A stretch of DNA of 63,703 nucleotides, counting the filler, from Diploschistes diacapsis (Eukaryota), in NCBI GenBank assembly GCA_023645945.1. It is 6 parts of 6 records of this genome, joined end to end, with 100 filler letters (N's around TTAATTAATTAA, not from the genome) between each part and the next. Parts side by side here need not be neighbours in the genome. Positions count along the whole stretch, not along the records: positions 36,442 to 43,199 come from JALAIB010001353.1; positions 43,300 to 50,053 come from JALAIB010001354.1; 4 more parts are not named here. One strand, 5' to 3'. Positions 36,442-49,813 of the stretch are shown here, in pieces (position 1 is the stretch's first letter; every line of letters starts with the position of its first letter). Position numbers and translations under genes: made by a program. The notes under the pieces are model-generated. The model saw nothing but the letters and a program-made list of their open reading frames with translations. It ran no database searches and had not been told where the DNA came from.

Positions 36442-38181
36442 GGAAAATGGGTGTGGGGGTGACGGGCTTTGGAGTTGCGGGGAGTAGATGAAGTTTTATG
36501 CGCTATGTGATTGTTAGGTATTGGTACTGGGAACCCCGGGTGGAGCTACTCGTGGAGCGCCAGACCTCAGCGTTGAGGCTTGTTGAGGCTTGTTGGCTGT
36601 ATGGAATGCTCGCGCATGGATCTGTGGCCATGGGGCGGAGCAAGCGATGCTTTACCCTCGCGCAGAACACCTGGAGTTTCTTGTTAAACTGGCCTTGGTC
36701 TGCAACGTTTTTCTCACATCGCGCCTTGTTTTAGGGGGCTCAGGGGTTTGGTCTGGTGGGACATCACGCGAGGAAAGTAATGAACGAGTGGGCAGACGGA
36801 AGCGAAAGTGAATAAAAAGAAAGCTGTTTGTGCCGATAAGAATCTTTGCTGCGGCATCAGCGGGGTTGGGGCGAGAATCTTGCGGTGCTGATGTCTAGCA
36901 TGGGCTTTTGTTCCAGACATCGGAGATACTGTTGAGTAATACTAGCAGTGACACGCGTTGCCTCTCAGACGGGGCTGAGCTTGAAGGCTAGCTACGCTGA
37001 CGGCTTCGAGGCTCGAGCAAAAAAGGCAAGAGCATGGTACAAGAGATGGTGGTTTAGTACACGGGTACGACAGCGATAGCACGAGTGCCGCCGAGCAGAG
37101 CCTCAGTAGCACGTGCGCGTGGCAGATGCTAGCTGATAGCAAGGGAAAGAAGCCTACCGTTACCATCAAAGTCAAAGCACTCCCAGCGTCATGATGCGTG
37201 TTGCTCTCCGGACGCCAGTCAGATGTACCTCGGGAGACAGAAGAAGCTGAAGGCCATGCCCTTGCCTCTTGTGGTTTTGCTTACACCTTCCCTTGCGAGG
37301 AAGGCGTCCTCGAGCTGATAGCTTGGTTTTCGCTCCCGCGGCAGCATACTCGCTGTGCTCTGTACCATGCTCTTTGGCTAACTGCGTCCTTGAGCTGTGG
37401 AAGACAGCTCTCTGAAAGAAAGGTGCAGCCATATTCCTGGCTTATCGGGAGCGCTCACAATGCCAGAGGAAGCACGAAGTCGAGGGACAGAGCCGCGCGT
37501 TGGGCCTGTGTCAAGGGATGCCACAAGCAGGTCACGCAGCAGCAGATAAGCCGGGCAAGCGCACGCAACCAACCGTAATGGTTGTCGGTCAGACTGTCCA
37601 GGAGCATGACCTCGTTGTCATGTTGGAGGATGAGGAGAGAGATGCGGTGTAGCAAAATAATGGAAGGCTATTGGGAGGTGATAGAGAGAAAAGAAAAGAG
37701 AAGAGAAGAGAGAAGAAAGACAAAGGGGGAAGGTGGGGTCAAAGTGAGAGGGCATTCATTATTCATCAATTATTCTTCTCTTGGCCTCACTCACCCACTC
37801 TTCCAGTGTAGCAGCACCGTGCACCCTCGTAGCCGCTGCTGCCGTGTTACGGCTCGAGCGCTGAATCATCTATTTCCAGTCCTGTCAAGGCAACAAGTAC
37901 CTTGTGGTATTTGCAAGTCTCTCTCCGATGGTTTAGAATACGTGGTTGTCGGCCATCCTTTGGGAAATACTTGGTGCGTGTGATGGAATCCTTCCCAGCA
38001 GTGAAGATGCCGAGTGCGCTCGTCCCGGACTCTCGGTATGCGGTATCCAGTATGCGGTATGCGAGGTAAAAAGGTAAAAGGGTAGAAAAGGGTAAAAAGG
38101 CCTGGTTGGGCCCAAATCAAGAACCAAGGGGAGAGAGAGAGTGCTTTGGCTTTGGGGGCTCAAATAGAAGCCATTGAGCAT

Positions 38182-38262
38182 CACGTGGGACGTGGGACGT
38201 GGGACGTGAGACGTGAGACGTGAGACGTGAGACTAGAGAACTAGAGAACTAGAGAACTAGAT
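38182..38262. repeat. Compound tandem repeat (ACGTGGG)n-(ACGTGAG)n-(ACTAGAGA)n
   Basis: Seen directly; the unit changes stepwise along the array. Confidence 0.85.
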
Positions 38263-40687
38263 AGATACTTGACCCGAAGAAAGAGACGGCACGACAACAA
38301 TCTACGTTGTACATGATATACATGATTCCATCAAAGCATGGAGCGCCCACATGCGCGCATGCTCTGTATGCCATATGCCATATGCCATATGCTGTGCTTA
38401 GTGAGCCTTACCGCTGCACACCACTGAGGTACAAATTATATTGTGCCTTGTGCCTTGTGCCTTGTGCCTTGTCGGGCCACGAATGTTGTTTGTTAAGTTG
38501 TCTTCCATCCATGGCACATCTTCTCTTCTCCATCGCAGGCACTATGAGGTAGTTGGTGTACTCGGATCATCCATCTACCATTGTGGATTTGTATTTGTAT
38601 TTGTTTTGCTTCGCAATCCACGGCTCGCTTACGCTAGATAGACCGAGCCGGTTCGGAAAATGGCTGATCCGCTTTAACTCCACCTCCCTCTTGGCTCTTG
38701 GACTCCTGGAGCATTGTGCTTGCACCCCGTGAGCAGTGAGCAGCAAGCAGCGAGCACTGACTTGATTGAGCAGTAGGCCATATCGAGGAACACTTCTTCC
38801 CCTCTCCGTAGGGACCGCGGCGTCGTCATCGTATGCACGCTATCATGACGCTTCTTGGTTCTTAACTTGGTCTATCTTGGTTGAGGATTTGCTCGGACAT
38901 ACCATATTCGTACTCGATCGAAACTTGCGAAGAGTGACTTTAAAGCTACTGAAAGAGGGCTGAAAACATTGGCGCTATCGAAGGAGGTGTTCGAATCGCC
39001 CACAATTGTGTCTTACAACTGTTGTACTTGTTATAGCTGTGGCTTTTCGGAGATTCCCGTGTTTTCCGGTCCCCGTAACCTCTTGGGATTCCCCGAAGCG
39101 CTAGCATCGTTCAACTTCAGCACTTCGGCTGCTCCGATTAACAAAACAGGTATACATGTCCTGTTGACAGGGATTCGAGCACACGGGTAGCGAATGTCAG
39201 ATAGATGATACGGATCGTTTCAGGCAGCGCGAAGCTTGCAGGGTAGATGCTCCCTGCGAGTTGTATAACATTAACATACTCCAGGGGTACGAGGTAGCGC
39301 AATGTCAACATCGCGCCCTTCTCCACAATTATGATTATGGGGTTATCTCAACACTGCTGACGAAGGCCCGACCAAATCGATTGTGCTTCTTTCCCTATCA
39401 GCAGTGGGTTGCCGAGGTCCGCCGGTAGTTGCAGCCAGCGCCCATGCCGCTGGTGGCTGTCCTTGTGAGTTCTCATCATCCAATAATCGATAAACGAGAT
39501 ATCAATAAGCCCTCTCTTCTATTTCCAGCTTTCGCGGGGAGCCTCGACACTTGATGCCATTGCGCTGGCGACTTGGGAAGGTCAACCTTTGGCGAGACGC
39601 TATTTCAGACGCTATCGTTCGCACCATTTAAGCGTGCTGCTAAGAGGGGCTTGGGGGCCTCTCGACTCTGGAAATTTGAAGGGTTGGGGGCTTGAAGGGG
39701 CTTGAAGAGGCTTGAAGAGGCTTGAAGAGGCTTTGAAGGGCGGCTTACGAAGGACGAGTCTAGCAGAGTGGGCATGTCACGTCAAATCGCCCCTCTCATT
39801 CCATGGTGTCATGCCTGCTAGTGCCCTTGAGACGATCGCATCTTTCCCTTGGTGGGGATCAATGCGTTGATGCTCGCTCTCCATGATACACATTCCACTC
39901 GAGTTGTTGCTTTTCTGTTCCGCATCATCGCCGTGGGGGCCAGGTAAGCGAATAACAAAGAATGATGATGGTCGACCGCAACTTCTAATCTGGGTTCTTA
40001 GTCGGCCGCAACAAGCGGGATATACGGGAATTCATTCCACACTTCGTTTACTGGCAGGATTCAGGAGACCAACTATCGCTAGTTACATATGGCAACTATT
40101 TCCACGTGGTGGATACCATCATTAAAAAACGTGGGTGTTTCACTAGGTCTTCCCCATCAAAGAGCTTGCTTGGAGCTGCTGCTGCTGCTGCTGCTACCAC
40201 AGCAACTTGGTAGTAGTTAGAGTTGTTGTTGTTGTTGTTGCTGTTGTTATTGCTGCTAGGTTTCTCCTTTACTTTTCCCTGGCGACAGTGTTGTGTCGTT
40301 TAGTTCGGAAATTTTCCGACTTATTCTCGCTCAACGTCGGGGTCGTGTGTTTGGTTCTTGCACATACAGATCGGTCTAAAATGCGAAATCAGGGGGATGA
40401 TGACGGAGCCGAGTTGAACGTGTTTGTGGCCCTTTGAGCCGTCCATCCCTCAATAAAATTACGGAAATGGCTTTTTGCTCCGAGGCTGCTGGTTGCTTGT
40501 GCGGAGGAGAGCCTTGAGCCGAGAGGCCAGCATTTCCCCAATAGTGGCTCTATATCGAGTAAGTGTACGAGTAAGGATGTAGTATGTGTGTAACGTGGTT
40601 TCGTACGGAGGTACTTGTTGTGGAGAGGATGGCGCAAAAGCCGAGGTGGATCATTTGTTGTAGAGTAAGATATTAGGAGACTCTATC

Positions 40688-40718
<31 letters not shown>

Positions 40719-41157
40719 GCATCATCAACAATGGCTATCAGGACTATCCATTCGTGATGAGGGATGTTGTCCCGCGTCGACCAACAGAAGTCTAACAGAA
40801 TCAGAGTTCATGTAGACGCCATGGATGCAACCCTGTCGGCCTGCATTGTTCAATTCGAACAGGTTGGTTTCACACTTTCCTAGTTAACCAAGAGACTAAT
40901 TCCAAGTTCAAAGAACTAGCTTTCTTTTGGCCAGACCTTCCCACTTGCAGCACAGTACTGCTGTACCAAACGGCGCGGTTCGCCATGGAGGGGGTGCGAG
41001 GGGGTGCATAGCACCTCGCCTAGCTACCCACAACTACTAGCTACTAAGTTACTGGGCAGTCGAAGTGCTTGCTCCTGAGGTATTGCTCTTATATACCTTA
41101 ACATCCAGTAAAGATGCTCCAGTCCCTCCTGCATCTGTATCTCCCAACCATCTCATC

Positions 41158-42760
41158 ATGTTGCACCGCATAGACGGATCACCATCGCCCTCGTGGCTTC
41201 TCCTTGCGGCTCTCCTGACTGCGCTGGTCGCGTTTAGGCTATACACCTTCATATATCGGCTCTTCTGGCATCCCTTGGCAGGCTTCCCAGGCCCGAAGCT
41301 CGCTTCCTTGACGAACCTCTACGGCGCCTTCTACGACCTCATTCTCCAGGGCCGGCTCTGCGTCCACGTTGCGGACCTTCACGACAGATACGGTATGCAA
41401 TCGAGTGACCATGCCAAAGTGTGTTGGATGTCTAACGTCCCCAGGTCCCATCGTCCGGATCGCACCTAATGAACTCCATATCAAGGACCTCGACTCTTAC
41501 AACAAGTGCGCTACGGGGTCGCAATCCTGACAGGGGGGATTCCAGCTAACAGGGTCTCAGGATCTTCTGCATTGGCACCGAGTTCGAGAAGAACTGGGAC
41601 TTTTACAATGCCCGCGCCATCGAGGGCAGCCTGCTCAACATCCTCGATACGCCTAGTGCCAAGTGCCGCAGGGGCGCATACGCCCGCTACTTCTCCCGAA
41701 GCGCCATCTCCAAGATCGAGCCCCGGATCCAGGACCGGATAGACCAGTTTCTCGACAAGATCAAGGACGACAGCAGGAAGGGCCTCCCCGTAGATTTGTC
41801 CGTGGGCTTCAGGTGCCTCGCCGCAGATGTGATTGTGGACTACACTTTCGGCGAGGATTTTGGGGGAATCACGGCGGAGGGGTTCAAGCATCCGGTCATT
41901 CAAGCCATCGACGATCTGATGATTTCTGCGCAATGGGGCCTCTACTTCCGAAACGTCTTTTATGCATTGGACGTCATGACCGACTACATCTCGGACAATG
42001 TGCTCCGATGCCTGTCCCCACCGGTGCTGGGCATGCGGGAGCTTGTAAGGGTATGTTTCCGTTGGGGGGGGTGAAAAGGGATTTCGACGCTGAAGCGGAT
42101 TACAGAGCAGCGGCCGCAGCATCCAAAGGCTAAAGCAGGCCAAAACGTACGACCGGACGGAAGACCAGCCCATGTTCCACGGGCTGCTTGACCGGAGGAC
42201 GAGCAAGTCGCGCTTGGTCCCCAACGATCTCGTGCTTACGCAGGAGGCCGTTCTCTTCCTTCTTGCCGGAACCGATACCGTCGCCAACACACTGACCGTG
42301 GCCACCTTCAATGCCCTAGCAAACGACGATATCCGGAAAAAGCTTGTCAACGAACTGCAAGCGGCCGTACCGCCAGGCAAGGACAGCAGAAGCCTTACAA
42401 CGGCGACACTACAAAAACTACCCTACCTAGTACGTGGGGATGCCTCGCTGTCTGATAACTTGTAGCTATCTAACAAACTCTGCTACAGGGTGCTTGCATC
42501 AAGGAGGCCCTCCGCCTCTCCTACGGCGCTCCTGGGCGCTTACCCCGCGTTGTGCCTCCAGCCGGGCACGTAGTCGACGGCGTGCAAATCCCACCCGGGG
42601 TAGTTGTATCGCACAGTAATTTCGTCTACCACAACGACAAGGACGTCTTCTACCGACCCACCGAGTTCATCCCCGAGCGATGGCTGAGGGGCGATACGAG
42701 GGAACTGGATCGGCGGCTACTGTCATTTTCGAAGGGCAGCAGGTCTTGCCTCGGGAAAGA
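41158..42760 (+). CDS. Cytochrome P450 monooxygenase (last exon not found before gap)
   Basis: TM anchor, HPLAGFPGPKLA, YG|PIVRIAPNELHI, AGTDTVA (I-helix), KEALRL (ExxR), PERW and FSKGSRSCLG heme motif, followed by a GTAAGT donor at 42761. Confidence 0.92.
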
Positions 42761-43199
42761 GTAAGTTTGTCTTCTCTTTTCTTTTCTCCATTTTTTTACT
42801 TTTTCAATTGGGCAATCCTCCCCGGGTTTCGCCCCCCTGCATGTTGGTCCCGCAGATCGTTCAGCGCGGTTACGTCCGAAACCCCGACTTTTGCGACAAG
42901 CCATCAGGGATAGGAGAGATTTTATTTCTCCGTGGAGATACATCTCGCGCGCAAAGGAACTTTCATGTTGGGCTTGAGCGAGGTCGGCCCCGATGTTTCA
43001 TGTTCTTGCGATAATGAGGTTTGCGACATGGACGTTTCCTGTCATGCATCAAGCAGCCAATGCATTGCGCCTCGAGCCGCGGCGGGGCTGCAGTTGTACT
43101 GCGCCATGCCCGTGCCTACCCGGTGGATGGTGGTAAGTGGTTAAGGGGGGCTGGTCTTGGCCACGCAACTCGCCGAAGATCGATCGACCACCACCGGGG

Positions 43200-43299
43200 N
43201 NNNNNNNNNNNNNNNNNNNNNNNNNNNNNNNNNNNNNNNNNNNTTAATTAATTAANNNNNNNNNNNNNNNNNNNNNNNNNNNNNNNNNNNNNNNNNNNN
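43200..43299. other. Artificial contig spacer
   Basis: N44-TTAATTAATTAA-N44. Confidence 0.98.
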
Positions 43300-43300
43300 C

Positions 43301-43426
43301 CAGGGGCTGGGGCAGGGGCAGGGGCAGCACCATGGTGGAAAGCATCATCATAAGCACCACCACCATCAGGGAAGTGGTGGAGGAAGCAACTGGGGAGGGA
43401 GCAGCTGGGGAGGCAGCCGGTGGTAG
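43301..43426 (+). CDS. Probable C-terminal fragment of a Gly/His/Trp-rich protein (5' lost in gap)
   Basis: Open frame from the contig edge: QGLGQGQGQHHGGKHHHKHHHHQGSGGGSNWGGSSWGGSRW*, followed by 3'UTR-like sequence. Confidence 0.45.
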   Translation, partial: QGLGQGQGQHHGGKHHHKHHHHQGSGGGSNWGGSSWGGSRW

Positions 43427-44954
43427 AAGGTTGGCTGGGAAGAGCGTGAGAGCGCGAAAAGCATATTGAAGGATTCCTCGTACAAAGAGTGTGCACTTCG
43501 GTCGGGCCGGGCGATGAATGGGTTGGTCTTGAGTTCTAGGCTTGTCGGTCAGTGATGATGCAGTAACGGCCTTGTATGTAAATTGTTTTTGTTTGTTGAC
43601 TCGTACCATGCAAATCGTCTGTGGAAAGAAATCAGGTTCAACCTGCTTTTCCATAGGCGTCTTCTTACAGGGGCTGTAGCACTGCACTTTTTGCTCCCAA
43701 AACAAATACTCGGCCCCTCTCGACGTTCAGGCTTTGCTGAGCAGACCTGTTCTTCCCCATCAAGCGCCGCCCTATGTATTCAAGGCTTTCAAGCTACAAA
43801 AGCGAAGCAAGTTACAACAACACAAACTATTACAGCGTTAGACGAACAGCAAAGCTAAATCATAAAGAGACAAAGAATTTCTGCTTGGCACCCTGTAGAC
43901 GGGACACCGTCCTGTCGCCTCTATCGTGGCTGGCCAGCTTCTTATGTAGCAATGGGATCGTTGGGGCGAAGCTACAGAGTGACTCGTGAAATATGGATAG
44001 ATAGAAGCTGCTCCGGGGGGGTTTCAGTACAGTTGACGTGTCGTTTTTTCTATTGTTTTTGAAGCGCGTCATCGGATGCCCATTTCCCATTGTTTGCACG
44101 TGTTTCTCCCTCTGTGTGTGTGTGTGTGTGTGGCGATTGGGAACGGCGCGTTGCTGACTCCCTGGATTGCACGTGTGTGTTGTGTTGTGTTGTGTTGTGT
44201 TGTGTTGTGTTGGCGAAGAAGCAGCGACGCTGAATATCACGTAAGATAGAGAGATGGAAGACCTTGGTCGAAAAGAGGTGGAAAATGCAGAGAACCAATC
44301 GAAGTGCTGTGACACTTGTTTCAGATAGTCCGTGTTTCAGATACACACGGGGGATAGCAGGTTAAGGGTTAAGAGAGAGAAAGAGAGAGAGTTTTTGAAA
44401 GACAGAAGCCAACGAATTAATTTATGAAGGAGCCTTTGGGCAATTATTGACTGTACAGAGTTAGATACAGCAAGTAAGTAGTCTACGTGATTCCGTGATT
44501 GTGATTGTGATACGGCTTGTGACTGTTCTTTGTAGAAATTCCATCGTCTTTCTTTCTTTCTTTTTTTATTCCCTCTTCACAAGAAAGGAGGCAGGAAGTC
44601 TTTGTTTGACGTTTTGCGACATTGTTGTATGCTCGACCATCCATCGTCACAAGCACTAGCCAGCTTGTTTCCCAATCTTGAAGATTTTAATAATCTCCAG
44701 CCTCCACCAAACCAGCTCAAAAGGTAGAATAACATCTCCCTCTACCGTGGGGGGGGGGGGCATTCTGTCTCCTTTACCCACCATCCTACCTTCATTCCTT
44801 TCGTCTCTCGACTGGCTCGAGTATTCCTCGCTGACCTTTTCTCCCCATCGACTCCAGAAGACTCTTGCTGAGACTTATAAGATCTCTGACCAAGACTCAC
44901 GCGCTCGACTATAGTCTTCAAGTTCGCTCGCTCAGTATGCGATCAACAAAGAGG

Positions 44955-45719
44955 ATGCAAAACTGGAAAACCCTTCTCCTGCTGCCTCTCGTAGCTACTT
45001 CGACCCTGGCGCAGTCTCTCAACCTGACCGATTTTCAAAAGATTACCGGCTTTTCAAGCGAGTGCACAAAGGCATACAACACTCCACTACCGGGGTGTAC
45101 TACGAACGACTTTGCTGGCAACAACCCGTGTTCTCAGACTTGCGTTGACGGTCTCGAGTCGCTCACCAGTCTCATCAACGCTGCCTGTGCCGGCATCTCT
45201 ACCTCACCGAGCACCCTGATCGGGCTGTTCTTCGCGGGAAGGGGCGTACAAGCGCTCTGTCCAAATGCTGTGCAGCAATCATCATCAACAGCGCCCCAGC
45301 AGATATCTTCAGCACCAGCAGCCACGTCCAACGTTCCGTTAAATCCTCCGCAAACCCCAACCACAAACCAACCTTCTCCACCAGCGTCATCATCGACTCT
45401 CGCCCGCCCATCAACCAGCGCAACCTTCAAGCAGACTTCATCTGCTCGCGTGGTTACGGCAAACCCGAGCCAACCATCGCGATCCTCAAACCCACCATCA
45501 AGCGCAAGAGCAAGCGCAATTTCCCCACTGCCAACCTTCATCCTCTCGTCGCCAGCCACAACGACAGCTGCCGTCCATCCTCAGACAACGTCAAACGGCT
45601 TCGGGGGCTCTATCGATCCATTCGGTGGAAGCGCCAGCGCGGCTTCGACTTCGGGCCTCGACGGGATACTAATGGTCTGCCTACTGGGTGGATCTCTTGC
45701 TTTCTATTTGGTGTTATAG
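44955..45719 (+). CDS. Predicted GPI-anchored protein with a 6-Cys N-terminal domain and S/T/P stalk
   Basis: Signal peptide MQNWKTLLLLPLVATSTLA, six Cys in the first ~85 mature residues and hydrophobic tail GILMVCLLGGSLAFYLVL. Confidence 0.8.
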   Translation: MQNWKTLLLLPLVATSTLAQSLNLTDFQKITGFSSECTKAYNTPLPGCTTNDFAGNNPCSQTCVDGLESLTSLINAACAGISTSPSTLIGLFFAGRGVQALCPNAVQQSSSTAPQQISSAPAATSNVPLNPPQTPTTNQPSPPASSSTLARPSTSATFKQTSSARVVTANPSQPSRSSNPPSSARASAISPLPTFILSSPATTTAAVHPQTTSNGFGGSIDPFGGSASAASTSGLDGILMVCLLGGSLAFYLVL

Positions 45720-47153
45720 GCCCTTCGTCGTCGTGACTCTTGGGAGATGTTGGGTTTGGAGCGGAGAGGCAGTTGCCGTGGACCATGGGCTTTGATGAAT
45801 CGCATTTGCTTGCGCTCCGATTGGCTTTTTCCTTCGTTATGATACCACAGTTTGCATTAGCGAGGCGTTGCGGGGGAAGCCTCTTGCTTGAAGCGACTGA
45901 CATGACCAAACGGAAGCATGGTTGCTTGCCTGTCTGCTGTATTAGATTGCATCGACTAGAGAGGAGGACATTCATAAGCTAGCCGTGAGCTAAAGAACGA
46001 CTACTTTTATGGCCAGCTCCTTTTACAATAGCGAATCAACTGAACCATATGCTTCCCTGCGCAATATTGCCTTCATTCTCCACCGAAAGCGAATTCCACT
46101 GATGATGATGATGATGATGGTGGCAGCTCCGGGCTAACCGACCGCAACCAACTCACAGAAACCTCGTAAGAATCGAGTCTCGTAAAAGATCGGGATCATC
46201 GATTCCCTCCCGTAACAATGCAGGCATAAGATCTGGAGTTTTCCAATTGCAGAGGAATGACATAACCCGACTTTTACATTTACCGTTGTAGATGATTAAT
46301 CAGGATTATCTTCAATTGCTTGCTTGCTTGCTTGTGAAGCTCATTGGGGAAGAGAGGGGTGGTTATGCGCAGGAAGCCCACAGCGTAGAAGCCCGAAATG
46401 ACTTTAATTTAGGGACATCCAAATCTAGCCGCCGTCCAAGTCCAGGTCCATATCCCCAACATCCCCATGATATTTTGCTTGACCGAGAGTCTGAAACGGA
46501 CAGGCATGCTCTGCAAAATCACACAGGTTTCCGCTGCCTTCGAGTTGTGATTCCTGCTGCGCTTTCAAGTTTCGACAGACAGGGCTTTTCTGTACCACCA
46601 CCACCACCACCGCCTCTCTCGGATTCATTCCAGGCCCAGCCAGCAGCGTACAGCGATAGAACCTCATTCTTCAGTCGCTCTGGAAACTGGTCCAACAGCT
46701 GTATCGTGCAGCATCAACAATCTTCAATTCTTACCGGCAGCTCTCCGATGTACTGTGCACATCACACGGTTAGCTCCAGTGGTCTCGACCAACGCCTCAT
46801 CGGTACAGCACCTGTTTAGGCTATCCGTTTTCCGTTCCTGAGTTTTTGAAAGCTGAAACTAAAGTCTCATCAAATTTGGGTATTTGAAAGCACATTCACT
46901 GTCGACAATACTTCTACGAGCGAGCAACGTTCAAAAAGACACATCTGGTTGGATTACTACTCTAACAGAGAATTTGCGTTATACTACCTTGGCCCACTGC
47001 GCCATTGGGTTCTCTGTTCTTTCTTTCGGGCTTTGTTTCTACAATCTTCGCCCACATCCAAAGGCTGTAGAACACAGTCAGTCGTTGCGAACAGACGTGG
47101 TTACACTGCAACCAAGTACACGGTAATAGGAGGATGAGCTAGGAATAACAAAA

Positions 47154-47647
47154 ATGGCATTTCCTTCTGGATACCATGCAGACTCTGACGCCGACGACGA
47201 ATACGAACGAAGCCTCATGACATCTCCCATTCTTCCCACGGACGACGAAACTTCAACTACTGAGTCCGATGCTGGCTCCACGGAGCACACACCTACTACC
47301 TTTGGTGCGCCGGGGAGTGACGGATCTGCGCCCCGCACAATCATCTCGGAATGGACGGCCGACGAGTGCGCAAAATTCATAACGCAGCTTGGGTTGCAGC
47401 AATACTGCAACCATTTTCTCGGTATGCCTCCGAGAGTCTACCCAGCAGCCGAGCTGACCTGATGCAGAGAACGAGATCGTCGGCGAGGCCATTGTAGCGC
47501 TACGGCATGAAGAACTGATAGAGATGGGAATTGCAAGCGCGGGGCACCGTCTGACCATCCTGAAAGGCGTGTACGATGTCAAGGTCAAGCAAGATATTCC
47601 CATCGAGCCCGACGACTATGTGCCACCTTGTGAGCCTTCCGTTTTCC

Positions 47648-47693
<46 letters not shown>

Positions 47694-48795
47694 TATCCCC
47701 AGCTAACCCCAGAACGAAGCCGCGGATACGAGTCAAAACAACAAAAAGGCAACGCAAGAAGACATCTCCCGCATTATCCAATCAATCAAGATTCGGGACG
47801 AGCGCCTGCTGCAGTACGAGGCGGACCTGAAGAAGATCACGGAAGAATACCGAAGGCTGCGCGAAGAGCTCCTCCCCATATTCCGAATGACGAAAGAAAG
47901 GTCCCAACCATTGCCCTCGCCATACCAACCGAGCAGCCCTGACGTCTATAGTCATGACAACCTTGCGTCGCCGGTCCTTCAACAGCCGCCACGAGACAGG
48001 GACAAGGTCGCAAGGAGGAATTCGCAGAAGAATAAAGGCTACTGGCAGAACCCAACACCGAAGACTGCATCCCCCACTCATCCCGACCAAGGCAAGATGC
48101 TGCCCGATCATGACCCTTCGGCTGCAGCCATGGTGGCGTCCTCGCATCTTACAGCTTCCATGACCGGTGGCGCACCATCTCCAAATCCCGCCCTGCCCTC
48201 TCCGACCTCTCCGAACAACCATCCGCCTCCACCATACCACCAAACGGCGTCGCGCGTCTACAACGATCGAAGTGCGCCGAACACCGGCAGCTCCTACGGC
48301 TACAGCGACGGCTATCCACCGTCCACCGCTTCCGCTCTCGTCAGCGATCCTGCCAGCGCCTTCCGCAGCAATGCCGTTTCCAACGCCCCCGGTCGTTCTC
48401 GCGGTACCACGAGGGACAACGACGACTCTCCCTCCGCCGGCAGCGGCGCTCCCTCGGTAGAAATCTTCAAATCCTTCCGAGTCAGCATGGACGACCCCTG
48501 CCACAAGGTTCTTCCTGCAGCTTTGAAGAAGTACAACATCCAGGCGGATTGGCGTCAATATGCATTGTACATTGTCTACGGGGACCAGGAGCGATGCCTG
48601 GGCCTGGAAGAGAAGCCCCTGATTCTGTTCAAGCAGCTGGACAAGGAGGGCAGGAAGCCCATGTTCATGCTGCGAAGGCATGCACCGCCATCCGAAGGAC
48701 ATTCGGGGCCGAGCGGCATGTTGGGATTCGACGGTGGGATGGTAGGGCAGAGAGCACACCAGAGTTCGATACAGCTGCCCGGCGGCGTGCTGTGA
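47154..48795 (+). CDS. STE50: MAPK adaptor Ste50 (SAM + Ras-association domains), 3 exons
   Basis: SAM domain WTADECAKFI...LQQYC...ENEIVGEAIVALRHEELIEMGIASAGHRLTILK; RA domain SVEIFKSFRVSMDDPCHKVLPAALKKYNI...EKPLILFKQLDKEGRKPMFMLR; ends LPGGVL*. Confidence 0.95.
47650..47690. repeat. (CT)n microsatellite inside STE50 intron 2
   Basis: About 20 perfect CT units between the GTGAGC donor and the GCTAAC branch point. Confidence 0.95.
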
Positions 48796-49813
48796 TTTCT
48801 ATTTTGGAGACATGACCTGTGTACGACATTGCTACTTGTAGCCAGCGGCTGCGTACATTTCGATTCGCTACGTCTATACCATGAGCGTTTTGAGCCTTTG
48901 ATATAGCATACTTGTGCCTCTGCTCTGTGTATCCTGTGGTCTGCCAAATAAAAATCGTCCAACATAGTCGGTGGCCCTTTGAACATAACGTTAGCTATGT
49001 CCGCGGTAGAGGGCTATTCCTGGAAAAGTAGCAGCTTCGAAAGCATCCCTCCCCAAAAAAAAAAGGTTTCGTAGAGCATTCATAGGCAAAATAATTGAAT
49101 CAGCCTGGAATCAAACCGGAGGGGCTGGGCCGATGGGGGAACGGCCCAATTTTGTTACTAAACCACTGATTCGATGGGCCAGTTCTGGTTTTCTTTGCGT
49201 ATAATAACTTTTGGAAGCCACCTTGAAGATGTCCCAAACATGACAACTGGACAAGTGATTGAGAAAGTGTCCTATTGCAAGTTGCTCATGTAAAAAAAAC
49301 AATACAGGTTCTAAAGGGGGGGGGGGGCTGCCAAGTCTCCTAACTCGGGCTCAGATTCACAGAGTCACAACTAGTGCGGGCCTTGTGGCAGCTCTCTCCA
49401 AACTGCCTCGCCCATCAGGGCCCAACGCTGCCTGCCACATAATTTTATTATTATTTTCAAATATTCGGAGGCGGATATTTCCATCCCCACGGCTGAAAGA
49501 GGAGCTTCGAGCCGAACAAAGGACGATCTTCGCCGAGCCATTACCATTACTACTACTACTACTACTACTACTACGGCGACAAGACACATTTCCCAAGCAG
49601 CTAGGAGCGCATCACCTACACTTAAATCGGCATTAAAATATTTGGGCCGGCTACCTTATTCCTGCGTCTTTCTGGGCGGGGACTTGCTGCATAGCAGTCC
49701 TCTGGCGAACGGCCAGCATTCCCCGCTGACGCTGGGCCTTCAGGCCTTCTTTCCGGCACGGCCATCTTTACCACCAACCAAGCAATCCCCTCAAACAAAA
49801 CAGCTCACCCACC

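Noticed and set aside
36520..37570. TPP riboswitch in the putative long intron
   Set aside because: A CTGAGA is present, but I could not find the TGAT..GG.TAAT.CC.GCG core by eye.
38182..39740. Tandem repeats as a CRISPR-like array
   Set aside because: Units are 6-10 nt with no unique spacers, in eukaryotic context; simple micro/minisatellites.
35957..42760. Reductase plus P450 as a secondary-metabolite cluster or redox pair
   Set aside because: Separated by an artificial gap; no PKS, NRPS or terpene backbone gene in the window.
47782..48759. 325-aa antisense ORF over STE50 (similarly 55743-56612, 41511-42380, 34762-35376, 7379-8014)
   Set aside because: Shadow ORFs opposite well-supported genes in GC-rich coding DNA, with no recognisable motifs.
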